Origin: Heptranchias perlo
Taxonomy: Eukaryota
Assembly (NCBI RefSeq): GCF_035084215.1
Contig: NC_090348.1
Location: 9,796,001 to 9,860,000, forward strand
Reading direction: 5' to 3'
Length of the DNA stretch: 64,000 bases
Part shown: piece after piece, positions 52,255-64,000 of the stretch
Numbering within the stretch: the stretch's first letter is position 1
Layout: every line of letters begins with the position of its first letter
The notes under the pieces: model-generated
The model's database searches: none
What the model was told of the DNA's origin: nothing
The model's input: only the letters and a program-made list of their open reading frames with translations
Program-made: the position numbers and the translations under genes

Positions 52255-52400
52255 GTCGCAGGGAGTGGCTAAATGTTTAAAGCAAAGAAAGATACGGGCC
52301 TACGGAGAGAGAAAGGGGCAGTGGGATTAGACTTGGATTGCTCCAACGAACAGCTGGCACACACACACAGTGGGCTGAATGGCCTACTTCTGTGTTGCAA
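52255..52400 (+). mobile_element. Old CR1 3' fragment
   Basis: GGGCTGAATGGCCTACTTCTGTG terminal motif. Confidence 0.6.
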
Positions 52401-52464
52401 ACATCTAAATAATTAGGGTTAATTTGCCATGTCATAGAACTAACCCTTTTGTTTTTAGAAAAAA

Positions 52465-52755
52465 AGCTGAGATGTCTTGCTGTTCAGATGGGCAGAAAAT
52501 GCCCCATGGAATTATTTGAAGAGCAGGGAGTTCTCCCGGTGTCCTGGCCAACATTCCTCCCTCAACCAACACCACCACAAAACAGTTATCTGGTCATTCA
52601 TCTGATTTACTAGTTGCAGGATCTTGCTGTGTGCTGATTGACTGCTGCTTTTGCCAACATCATAACTGTGACTGCACTTCAGCCAAGTAATGAATTGGAT
52701 ATGAAGCGTTTTGGGTGTGATAAAACACTTTTTATAAATGTGAGTGTCCTTCTTA
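52465..52755 (+). mobile_element. Diverged DeuSINE fragment
   Basis: GAAGAGCAGGGAGTTCTCCCGGTGTCCTGGCCAACATT core block. Confidence 0.7.
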
Positions 52756-53278
52756 TTGCACTAATAAGTGAAGAGAAACACGTTTCAGAGAATTTGTTGG
52801 GTAACGCTCCCACACATTTCTGTTAGTGCCCAGAACTGGCAACAGTTCTCACTGTAACAGCCAGTAACTGTTTTTTTAGAAAAAAACATTTGCAATCTAA
52901 TGAGTTCCTCACATGCAACACTTCCACTAAAGCCTCTGTTCAAAACAACAAACTAAAATTACAGCACAACTGAAACCTCTTTACTCCTTTAATAACAACT
53001 CTTTAACAAACTCCTTACAAACAGAATCCCTGCTCCAGCATTCCAAGTCATGTGGACAAACCCAGATTAGGACACTGCCCTTGTTCCCGTCTAGCCCTTG
53101 ACAATACTGCACAAGAACAACGTGTACAATACAATGTTGTTAATGGTGAGTATCTCAGTTATTTAAGGATGTTAGACACGGTGAGGGACAACAGGCAAAA
53201 ATGTCAGACGCACTAACAATTAATTTGCATTGCATTATAGACATAATCCTTTTGTCTTTAGGAAACGAGCTGACCGTA

Positions 53279-53708
53279 GAAAAGAAAGGCTTGCATTTAT
53301 ACAGCATCTTTCACAACTTCCCAAAGTGCTTTTACAGTCAATGAAGTACTTTTGAAGTGTAGTCACTGTTGTAATGTAGGAAATGCGGCAGCCAATTTGC
53401 ACACAGCAAGATTCCACAAACAGCAATGTGATAATGACCAGATAGTTTGTTTTGGTGGTGTTGGTTGTGAGATAAATATTGGCCGTGACTCCCCTGCTCT
53501 ATATCGAATAGTGCCATGGGATCTTTTACGTCCACCTTAGAGGCCAGATGGGACCTCGGTTTAACGTCTCATCCGAAAGACAACACATCTGACAGTGCAG
53601 CACTCCCTCAATACTGCACTGGAAATGTCAGGCTAGGTTATGTGCTCAAGTCTCTGGAATGGGGCTTGAACCCATGACCTGACTCAGAGTGCTACCCACT
53701 GAGCTACA
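53279..53708 (-). mobile_element. DeuSINE (SacSINE1-like), near full length
   Basis: Colinear with 43308-43768. Confidence 0.85.
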
Positions 53709-54005
53709 GTACTGTACTAATAAGTGCAGAGCATATTTAATAGAGTTATGAGCACATAATACTCCCATACAAGTTTCCCAGAAAATAAATGGTGCTAGAT
53801 GGGATACTTTTAGTCCATATAACTTCAGTTTATCAATATACTGCAGCCTAATACTCAAGATATACTGTTGCATTAAGAACTATTATGTACTGTGAACCCA
53901 TGAAGTAAGGAGGCAGGTAAGAGGGAGGAAACATCTCCACATTTTGTGAACTACTTGCTCAAAGGCAAAGTGGATATTTCTTCACAACATAGCTGTGTAC
54001 ACTTA

Positions 54006-54183
54006 GGGTACATTCACACTCCCAGTTTAGCATCAGTGCAAAGCCATTAGGACTGAGCACTAATGCTAGACTGGGAGAGTAAATCCAGATTCAGCATCTG
54101 GACTGACTCCAGAGTGAAGTGAAGCAAGACTCCCTGAAGGCACAGTCTCAAATCACTTTCAGTGCATGGAGTGTAAATCCAGT
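54006..54183. repeat. Two adjacent ~80-bp hairpins (MITE-like)
   Basis: CTCCCAGTTTAGCATCAGTGC / GCACTAATGCTAGACTGGGAG; a second, weaker hairpin ends GGAGTGTAAATCCAG. Confidence 0.55.
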
Positions 54184-54256
54184 GAGGCATCAAACCTGGG
54201 GTACAGAGAACCCAAACCTCATTTTAAATGGATAGAGAGCAAGCATTCTCCCTATA

Positions 54257-54715
54257 GTGTCAGCTGTGGCTCAGCAGTGGCACGGTCAGCTCTGAGTCAC
54301 AAGATTGTGGCTTCAAGTCCCACTCCAGAAACTGGAGCACAAAATCTACGTTGACACTCCAGTGCAGTACTGAAGGAGTGCGGCACTGTCGGAGGTGGCG
54401 TCTTTCGGTTGAGACGTTAAACCGAGGCCACATCCGCCCTCTCAGGTGGATGTAAAAGATCCCATGCACTATTTCAAAGAAGAGCAAGGGAGTTCTCCCT
54501 GGTGTCCTGGCCAATATTTATCCCTCAGCCATCACTAAAAACAGATTATCTGGTCATTATCACATTGCTGTTTGTGGGTCCTTGCTGTGCGCAAATTGGC
54601 TGCCACGTTTCCTACATTACAACAGTGACTACACAACAAAAGTACTTCATTGGCTGTAAAGTGCTTTAGGACGTCCCGAGGTCATGAAAGGCATTATATA
54701 AATGCAAATCTTTCT
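54257..54715 (+). mobile_element. Full-length DeuSINE (SacSINE1-like)
   Basis: GTCAGCTGTGGCTCAG head, CTTCAAGTCC B-box-like motif, conserved centre, tail TATATAAATGCAAATCTTTC. Confidence 0.88.
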
Positions 54716-55194
54716 CTGCCTTTTTAACCATTGGGAGAAAGGCTCTGCCCACCTCTGAACCCAGACAGCTCAGGACTGTTATTGCCAGGCAGGGGCCAGG
54801 CATTGCAAACACAATTTGGCCTGTTCTTGGGCCAGGAGCTGCAAAGTGCATGAACTTCAAGAGGATTCTGTCAGTGAGAAAACTGTTGCTTTATAATTTT
54901 GACAGTCTGGCTCCCCTTTAAACAGATCAGCAATAATAAATATAATGTGAACCATCTTTGTTGCTTTCTTTGTTGTCTGAAAACATTGGAAGTATATATA
55001 CCCTGTAAAAGAAGGTTCTAAGTTATGGTATAATATTAAAAATTTGTAAAAATTGCACAAAATTCTTTATAAATAGTACTTAATCTTTTTGGAACTTTTC
55101 TCTTCCCCCGATTACAAAATGGGGCATTAAAATCTCCCCACTCCTCCCTCGGTCTGCCCAATGAAAAAATAAATTGCAGAAGTTTCTTATTCAA

Positions 55195-55830
55195 AGTAAA
55201 AGGAAACCTTTGGAATGCTTTTCCATAGGGGGTAGTTGAGCCGAGATCATTGCATCCTTTAAGAGAGGAGTAGGAACAGGAGTAGGCCATTCAGCCCTTC
55301 GAGTCTACTCAGCCATTCAATTAGATTATGACTGTTCTGCACCTTAACTCCATATTCCTCGATACCCTTACCTAACAAAAATCTATCGATCTCAGTCTTG
55401 GATGCTCCAATTGACTCCAAGCATCCACAGCCTTCTGGGAGAGAGAATTCCAGATTTCTACTACCCTTTGTGTGAAAAAGTTCTTCTTGATTTCACTCCT
55501 GAATGGCCTAGCTGTAATTTTAAGATAATGTCCCCTCGTTCTGGATTCCCCCACCAGAGGAAATACTTCCTCTGTATCTACCCTATTGAATCCTTTTAAC
55601 ATATTAAACACCTCGATCAGATCACCCCTCAAATCTTTTATACTCAAGGGAATACAGGCCAAGTTTATGAAACCTGTCCTCATTATTTAACCCTCTAAGC
55701 CCCATTTGAAGCAGAGGAAGTTACATGGCTATGAGGAGAGTGCAGAGGCAGAGGGATTAGTTCTACATTGCTGCAACAAAGAGACAACACAGACACAATA
55801 GTCCAAATAACCTACTTCTGTGCTGTAAAC
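55195..55830 (+). mobile_element. Old CR1 3' fragment interrupted by another CR1
   Basis: TGGAATGCTTTTCC..TTTAAGAGAGGAG (to ~55270) resumes as ATTTGAAGCAGAGG..CTACTTCTGTGCTG (from ~55705); colinear with 35890-36090. Confidence 0.55.
55270..55704 (-). mobile_element. CR1 LINE 3' fragment
   Basis: ORF 55372..55683: LRGDLIEVFNMLKG..SRTRGH..FFTQRVVEIWNSL. Confidence 0.88.
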
Positions 55831-56779
55831 TTCCAAGGAGCCTCGAGGAGTAGCACAGCCTCACTCACAATGAGTGGAGGTTAGAGCATCGGGCCTTTCT
55901 CTGTTCCACGCTCACTTCTACTGAGGCTTCGCTTCACACCAGGTAGGGAGCAAGGCCTTGCAAGATGAGCCACATTTTCTGCTCCAGATCATGTATTTGA
56001 CAGCTACAAACACTCACAAAGTACACATTCCAACATTTTGTTTGTAGGCTGCATCCGTAGAACATGTTCCAATCATGATGAAGGGAACTAAACCCACACC
56101 TGTGCGCTTAAATCACAGCAATATAAAAACAAATATGCAAACCATCATTGTAAACGGGCTTTATTTGATACAAAGGTCTTTACAACCTTTGCTGGAAAGA
56201 CTAAGTGTTTCTTATAAAACTTGAAACAAAAGCTGGGATTGGCCTTGACATTGCATTTTATAACCACAGCCTTTTATGGTCTAAGTTGTGAGTTGTACTT
56301 TCTGTTCAAGTTAATTGCCTTTTAAGTATGCATTGTTTGTACTTTGATCGCAAAGCGAGTGACCTCATTCTCCTTCACACTTTTACATGGCAAAACGGCA
56401 ATCTCAAGAGCTAAATGCTTTGTCCCTTCCATTTTTGCCAGTACTCTAGCAAGTGTACAGAACTGCTTGTGCTGATCAGCTTTATTTTTAAGAATGTCTC
56501 TTAGTGGGCAGAGGCTTGTTGGCATTGCTGGTTGGCATGCTCTCGTTGGCAGGTCTCAAGTTCACATCCCCCCTTTGGTGATCAGAACCAAGCTATTGGA
56601 GGAAGACAACCAAGCGGAAGGAAGGGGCTTCTTCCCCCATCTATCGTACATCTCCTCAAAGCCTCAGGACGGCACCATCAAGAGAAATGGGAGCAGGTCA
56701 TCTCCCAACCCACTTGTCCAGGGGCACAATTTATCCCCTCAGGCAATCCTGGCCTCAAAGCTGTGCTCACAGGGCTGTT

Positions 56780-57562
56780 AAGAATATCAGACCTCAATTG
56801 TCTTCGTGGAAGCGCAAGGAAAATTGGATGCCGAGCCAAAGAAGGAGATATTAGGAAGGGTGACCAAAAGCTTGGTCAAACAGGTGAGTTTGAAGGTTGG
56901 TCTTAAAGGAGAAGGGGGTGGGAGGTAGCGTGGAGGAGGAGGGGTTTAGGAAGGGCATTCCAGACTGTCGTGCTTAAACGGCTGATGGCATGGCTGATGA
57001 TTGGGGGGGCAAAAGGAGGAAGGGATGCGCAAGAGGCCAGAGGAACAGAGTTCAAGGGGGTTACAGATAAGGAGGGCGGGGCCATGAAGAGGTTTAAACA
57101 TGTGAATAAGAATTTTAAATTGGAAGTATTGGGGGACCAGGAGCTAATGTAGGTCAGTGAGGACAGGGGTGATGGGCAAGCAGGACTTGGTGTGGGATAA
57201 GAAAGGTTTTGGATGAGCTAAATTTTAGGGAGAATGGTAGGCTGGTGAGGAGATTACTGGCATAGCCAAGTCTGGAGGCAACAAAAGGATGAAATAGGGT
57301 TTCAGCAGCAGGTGGGCTGAGGCAATATTACAGAGGTAGAGGTAGGCGGTATTTGTGATAGAGATGATATGGGGTAGGAAACTCAGCTCGTAATCAAACA
57401 GGATGCCGAGGTCGCAAACACTGGTTCGACCCGAGACAGTGGCTGGGATGAGGGATTAAGTCAATGGCGATGGTACGGAGTTTGTGGCAGGGGCCAAAGA
57501 CAATGGCTTCAGTCTTCCCAAAGTTTAGCTGGAAGAAATAACAGCTCATCTAAGACTGGATC
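56780..57562 (-). mobile_element. L2 LINE 3' fragment
   Basis: Colinear with 36722-37315; VWNALP motif. Confidence 0.8.
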
Positions 57563-58059
57563 AGTGCTCCCTTGCAAGCACCAGGGGCCTTCGAGACTCC
57601 ACAATAATTATAAACATGTAAAATGATTTACCTTTTGCCTCCTTGATTAATCTATCTAACAGATTGCACTGTTCAAAACAAGATTAGATTCTTGGTACCT
57701 GTTTTCAGTAAAACAAATCCTGTCGGATTTTAATTTGGCAAACTTCATTTTCCATTTCAGGGGACCTATTGTGAACTTTTATTCCTTTTTCAAACCATGA
57801 ATTTTACTCACACCCTTTCTGTCCAGTCCTATAAGAAAGCCTTGCAGTGTTATCTATAAACCAAACAGAAATGCACACACTGATAATGCCTTATTATTGT
57901 GTGATGTTTAATGCCATTTGGTTTGTTTCTTATCTTGTTGACAAAGCCCTTTTGAAAACTAGTTCATGTAGTTAAACAGACCGAACCCTGTTTCAAGAAC
58001 TTTTAAAGGAACAGTTATGTCTTAGGGAATCTTTACCACGCTCAGAGAACAACGAGATG

Positions 58060-58188
58060 GAATCATAAAAAATACAGTACAGAAGGCGGCCATTTGGCCC
58101 ATTGGGCCTGTTCCCAGTGCTGGCTCCTCAACTAGAGCGATCTACTCTCATCCTATTTCCCTGTAACCTTTTATATTCTTCCTTTTAA
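58060..58188 (-). mobile_element. CR1 3' tail fragment
   Basis: CAGAAGGCGGCCATTTGGCCCAT is the reverse complement of the CR1 terminal hairpin. Confidence 0.6.
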
Positions 58189-58514
58189 AGAAATAACTTG
58201 CATTTATTTAACACCTTTCACCACCTCAGGGTGTCCCAAAGTGCTTCACAGTCAATTAAGTAGTCACTGTTGTAATAAAGGCAAGCGTGGCAGCAAATTT
58301 GCACACAGCAAGATCCCACAAATAGCAATGACCAGATAATCTGTTTTGGTGGTATTGGTTGCTGGATAAATGTTGGCCAGGACACCAGGAGAATTCCCCT
58401 GCTCTTCTTCGAATAGTGCCATGGAATCTTTTATGTCCACCTGAGAGGGCAGACTGGGCCTCGGTTTATGTCTCGATTGAAAGATAACACCTCCGAAGGT
58501 GCGGTCCCTCAGTA
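58189..58514 (-). mobile_element. DeuSINE, 5'-truncated
   Basis: Colinear with the other copies. Confidence 0.8.
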
Positions 58515-58532
58515 CTTATCCAATTCCCATTT

Positions 58533-59060
58533 ATAGAAAGACAGGAACAGAAGTAGGTCATACAGCTCCTCAAGTCTGTTCTGCCATTCAATGAGATCAT
58601 GACTAATCTGTACCTTGACTCCATATCCCTGGATAACCTTGCCTAACAAAAATCTATCTCAGTCTTGAAAATTTCTATTGACCCAGCATCCCAGCCTTTT
58701 GGGGAGGGCGGGTTAGTTCCTGATTTCTACTACACTGTGTAGTAGAAGATTATGCCCCTTATTCTGGATTCCTCCACCAGAGGAAATAGTTTCTCCATTT
58801 CTATTCTATCGAATCCCTTTATCATTTTAAAGACCTTAATTAGATCACCGCTCAAACTTGTAAACGCAAGGGAACACAAGCTTGGTTTATTCAACCTTTT
58901 CTCATAATTTAATCCTTTAAGCCCTGGTATCATTCTGGTGAATTTACACTGTACATTGGGCCGCCAAAGCCAATACATCATTCCTGAGCATCGGTGCCCA
59001 AAACTGAAGGCAGTACTCCTGATGGGCTCTCACTAAGGCTATGTACAACTGAAGCATCGC
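58533..59060 (-). mobile_element. CR1 LINE 3' fragment
   Basis: ORF 58730..58981: VQCKFTRMIPGLKGLNYEKRL..GDLIKVFKMIKGFDR. Confidence 0.88.
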
Positions 59061-59307
59061 ATCCTTATTTTTGTACTGAAGTACAACTTCCTCACTTTTT
59101 GTAGTTACATCATGTTACAGCCTCTACTCCAAAAGTCACTCGTGATTGAGCATTTGATGTTGTAGTAACACTCTTGTGTGGGAGAAAAAAATTCCACCTG
59201 CTCTATTTGTTCTTCTAGTGATAATCTGGAGTCTATGCTCCTTTTGTGACGGGTGATGTGATTGGTGATACAATGTGGCTGATGTGCCCGATACTCCTGA
59301 TGAATTC

Positions 59308-59371
59308 TTCTTATAGTTATTTATAACTATATATAACTTATTTATAACTTCTTATAGTTATTTATAACTAA
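59308..59371. repeat. AT-rich short duplication TTCTTATAGTTATTTATAACTA x2
   Basis: Directly visible; each copy contains the inverted repeat TAGTTAT..ATAACTA. Confidence 0.7.
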
Positions 59372-60589
59372 AATAACAAAAAGATTTGTGCTGCAGCAAT
59401 TGCAGGCCTTGTTTCAGTGTCAAGCCTTTACCGGTGAAATTCAGCAGTGCAGCAGTGGAGTTTTCAGCGTAGAATTTTCTGGGTTCATTGGGAGCTGAGC
59501 AGGCCTTAAAACTCACTAATAAAGCCACTTTCTGCTTCACTTCCATGTCTAGCGACACAATGAGGCCACCCATCTCTGCCAATTTTTTCACAACCAACTG
59601 ATCGTGCTCTGGATTGTTTCTGTAACGAAGGCCCCCTTTTTTAAAAACAATGTGCACATGTCAATAGCCTGACCGACGGGACTGGCAAGATGCATTGGTG
59701 GGGGGGGGGAGGGGGAGTCATCACTCAACTCCCATCAGATACGAATACCCCGCTGGATGTCAACCAGAGACATTCAGAGACCGGAACTCCCATCTCCACT
59801 CGCCAGGTCAAAGTCCCTTTAGATATGTAAAGAAAATCAGATTTGTGCTTGCCAAACGTACAAGGGGGTTTTTTACTACAGGTATGTTTCATTTAAGAAA
59901 AAGCCAAAATCATTCAGAGTTCCTTTAATGAGAGACAATATTGAAATTTGGAGAATTTTGATCAGAGAATGGGGGACAAGTACTACAAATCCCACAGAAG
60001 TTAGTTCTTTGAAAAACTTGTCAGCTGACAGCTTCCACAAAGAGTGTCTTTTTTGCTGCTGTGGTTTTTGTAAGCTCCCATGCCAGTTCTGATGTGCCTT
60101 CCATCTGTCCACCATACTCAAAGTAACCCTCCTTAACAGCTGTACAACAAGCGAGGTTTGTTTAAGGCTTTGAGTTCATATGGGAGCACAGCAGGCAATG
60201 TCCACGTAGGCTGCCAATAAAGTTGCCAGCAAAAGGTTAAAATAACAAGGACTAACACTGCCATCACCTACGAAGAATCCAGTGCAATACATAGAACACA
60301 GGATTCGGCAGCACATGTGTAACTGTTCTTGTAAAACCATTGCATCTCACTGCAAAATTTCAACTTTTTTTTATGCTTATTAGATTGACATGTGTGATTA
60401 CAGTAACCACACTGATAAAAATTGTACTCTTCATGTAATGTACCTGGTTTAACAAAATACACAAAAATACCCAGCGTTTATTAAAATGATTACCTCTTAC
60501 TTTATGTTTGCTGCACTTTTTCTACTTGATATTCACCCTTTCAAAGCTGGATAATCTCCTGAGGCAGGCACAATGGGGTAGACTGTTGA

Positions 60590-61000
60590 GCTACAGAGAG
60601 TCTGCAGCACAGTAACAGGCGATTCGGCCCAGCTGGTCTATGCCGGCGTTTATGCGCCACACGAGCCTCCTCCTTCCCTACCTCATTTAACCCTATCAAC
60701 ATACCCTTCTATTCCTTTCTCCCTCATGTGCTTATCTAGCTTCCCCTTAAATGAATCTATGCTATTTGCCTCAACTGCTCCTTGTGGTAGCGAGTTCTAC
60801 ATTCTCACCATTCTTTAGGTAAATAAGTTTCTCCTGAATTCCCTATTGGAATTATTAATGACTATTTTATATTGATGACCTCAAGTTTTGGACTCCCCCA
60901 CAAGTGGAAACATTTTCTCTACGTCTACCCTATAAAGCCCTATCATTATCTTAAAGACCTCCATCAGGTGACCCCTCTGCCTTCTAAAGAGAGCCCCAAT
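60590..61000 (-). mobile_element. CR1 LINE 3' fragment
   Basis: CAGCACAGTAACAGGCGATTCGGCCC terminal hairpin; body colinear with the other CR1 3' ends. Confidence 0.8.
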
Positions 61001-61675
61001 GGAAGTAAAAATTAGGAGAGATGTAAAACAGGCCGCCAACTTTGTATAGGTAATTGATACTTTCTAGGACTTTCACGCGGACCAGGACGGAACCAACGTG
61101 TCCTCTCAGCAGATGCGAGTCCCGCTAGATCCATCTGGGGCACTCTGGGCAGAATTCCCAGGGAAGCCTGGGAGTGTCCCTAAACCTGCTGACTGAGAGA
61201 TGATTCAATACAGCTTGGACAACTCAGAAAAGCTTTGTAGGGCACAAACGGGAAACAGTCCTGGTGGAACCGGGTTCTGCACCATTTCCTGATCCCCTGA
61301 TCAGAGTTACCCCGAGTTTTCGCCTTGACCCCGATTGGAATTTCAGGGCCTTCATGTTTAAATACTGCTGTAAGATGCTTACATTTGGAAAGTACACTGC
61401 AGACTGAAGTGATCCTAATCCTTGAAATTTCACAACAAGATAATAGGTACAAGCTCAACGGTCTGAAATTCCTCTCTCTGCTATGTCAGCAAAAGGTATT
61501 AAACCATTTAGCCTCCGCTTAAATAGAAAGAGGAATTTCCAATAAACATTTTAAGCATTCATACCTCTTACATCACAGCAACAACACCCTGGACAATTCC
61601 ATTCTTCATGTTCAATAAATAGGCAAATAATAAAAAAAGATGAACTCACACTACTATTATGAAGCCACTACACAG

Positions 61676-61778
61676 TCATTGCGATGTCACCACACCATTT
61701 TATTATGACATCACCACACACTATCACTGTGACATCACCAAATGGTGTCTCTGTGACATCATTACACTATGATGTCAG
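61676..61778. repeat. Degenerate 24-bp minisatellite with TGACATCA cores
   Basis: Cores start at 61682, 61706, 61730 and 61754 (24-bp spacing), plus TGATGTCA at 61770. Confidence 0.65.
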
Positions 61779-64000
61779 CAGCCTCTGCCATTCTGATGTT
61801 ACTTGCAAGCTACAACAGGTGGAATCAGAACATATCCAGACATAAGCAGCGAGAATGGCACCATGTGACATTTTCAAAAGTTCTCTATTGGACCCCACCG
61901 AATTTGTAAAAGAAACATGGTGATCCAGTAAGTTATAAGATAGGCCGTTGTAGACTGGCCATTGGGAGAGAGCTTTCAAAACATTTCTCAAATGTGGCAT
62001 TTGATCAGGTGGTTCTGATAAGGCTTCGTCATAGTAAATAGCATGCAAGACAAGAATGAAAACAGAAACTGCTGGAAACATAGGAAATCCATCAGAGAAA
62101 GGAACTTGTGGAAACAAGCAAATTCTGCTAAATGTACAATTTACAACTTTCATCATGGAATGGACCTGTTCTCATTACGATTTGCATTGTTTGTCCCTTT
62201 TTCTCCAGGCTCACACTGTGCGAAGCCCCATCTCATTTGTTATTTATTTACTTAAATGCTGTTCATTCATTTATACATTCATAAAGGATTTTAATCAATA
62301 TAATTATTCCTTTATTACTGCAAGAACTTGGAGATAATGGCCCCGGGGGGCTGTGGTGGAGCAGAACTGCCTGCCTGCCCTAGCCTCAGGTCAAAGACCC
62401 CATCACAAACCCCAAGGATGGGGTCACTTGCATGGCCACGGTGGACTCCCAGTCCTTCAGAGGCTCATTAGTAGTGCCCACCTTGCCACTCAGCCTGAAG
62501 TCTCCTCAAGGCCTAGCTAGACACAGGAAAAAGTTGTCTTTTCCTTCCACTGGAGCCACTCTACTGCTAGAAAAAGTAATGGGTCCCCTCTGGATTACCT
62601 TACTCTACTAAAGGCTATGGGCCTTCAGAAGGTCTCATAGGAATTCAAGCCGGGTCTCGGCTGGAGTGAGTTCCGCCAAGAGCAACCAAGGGTGTAATGG
62701 GAGGAATTTCCTGCCCAGAACCTCCCCCTGACACAACACCCTTGATATGGTGGGGGGAAGCAGATGATCCATCCAAGGACCCCCAACCGGAATTTAAGGG
62801 CCCAATCTATACAGGACGGAATCCCAGTGGGACTCGGTTCTGGCTCGTATTCTGGGGAAATCGGACTTCGTGCCACCTCCAAACCCAGAAATGTTGGGGT
62901 TAATAGGTTTCAAACCAGTACCCCCAAAATGAACATAGTTAATTAATATTTAATGCATGTTGCTAGTTTAACAAATGTTTCCCCTCACAGATTTCATACC
63001 TGAAATATTTGGAACAATGAACAAAGAAAGCAGATAATCTTAATGCAACTACAATTATACTGTGCAGCAATGAGAAAACATGAACTGCATTTGAGAGTTA
63101 TAGCATCAAGCTACCGACTCAAGAAATAACTGCTCATGAAAGCGTCAAATGTTACAATCAATATTTGTTTTATTAGATCGATAAAACTCACTCACTGTGA
63201 GCAGTGTTTGGCCCCTGCTTTTCATCTGGTAGTGGGATGGTACTGTAAATGTGCTTCATACATACAAGAGAGAGAAAAAAACTATAGAACTACCTGAAGA
63301 GGCTATTACAGTAGCCTCTGAAAGCTGCACTAATCCTAATCTGGAGTATCTTCTTCTGCCTTCTTTCATTAGTAGTAAAATTCCATCATCAGTTTTGTGA
63401 GGTCAGCGTGTGGTTGGATATTTACTGAGCTGGAGACAATTGTATGGGAGGCTGTGGGAAAGTGAGGGATTCTGAACTTTGACAGCCTACTCATTGTTCG
63501 CCCTTGCGTGTAACAAATCAGCAGGTGCTCCTACAGAGAATCTGATCAGTTTCTACACACACACACACAATGATGACTATACTAACTTGCATCATTCCAC
63601 TCAGTACATCTGTCATTATATTTGTGGAGTTCAGTTAGGCATTTCAACAATCTTCTTCCAAACTCTAACCCTCTAAGTTAATGACAAACAACAATAGGCA
63701 ATATTTATTCCAACACATTCTCTTCTAAACCCTCTCCACATTGGTCTTTGCAATTGACAATTTTTTTTAATTCTTACAGCCATGTTGTACTCTAAGAAAT
63801 AATGCACTCCATTTTTATAGTGAAGCTCTCTTTTACCATCAGTTGACTCTCACCATAATCCTAGTCCAAGCTCACAGTACTGTAAAATACCTCCTCTCCC
63901 TGACACACGATACACGACTGTGTTGCAAAACTTGGTGCCTATAATGTGCTTATTCTCACAGTAAGACTGGGGTTTTCTGCTTCTGCACACACCAGCTCGC

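Noticed and set aside
59876-60462. Possible hAT transposase or zinc-finger remnant
   Set aside because: Only isolated TDG and CxxC look-alikes; no ordered motif series.
227-63676. Remaining short ORFs as host genes
   Set aside because: Most overlap repeats or lack recognisable domains. Small host exons cannot be excluded by eye.

Overview
Eukaryotic, repeat-dense, apparently non-genic DNA. The repeat families (DeuSINE/SacSINE1-like SINEs, L2, CR1, an LF-SINE-like copy, Penelope-like elements) point to a cartilaginous fish (inference). I recognise no host exon. Three things dominate. (1) A ~15.4 kb satellite (15791-31228) of a 30-bp unit that has expanded inside one tRNA-derived SINE; its unit is that SINE's Pol III A-box segment. 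(2) A young, 5'-truncated Neptune-type Penelope-like element (PLE; 39905-42695) with an uninterrupted RT + GIY-YIG frame, 623-bp inverted arms, a minimal hammerhead ribozyme in each arm, a one-sided ~34-nt tail and a 12-bp TSD. A 195-bp non-coding miniature with the same architecture lies at 12451-12645. (3) Many decayed SINE, LINE and MITE copies. Family names come from my recall of consensus features, not a database search, and boundaries of old repeats are approximate.
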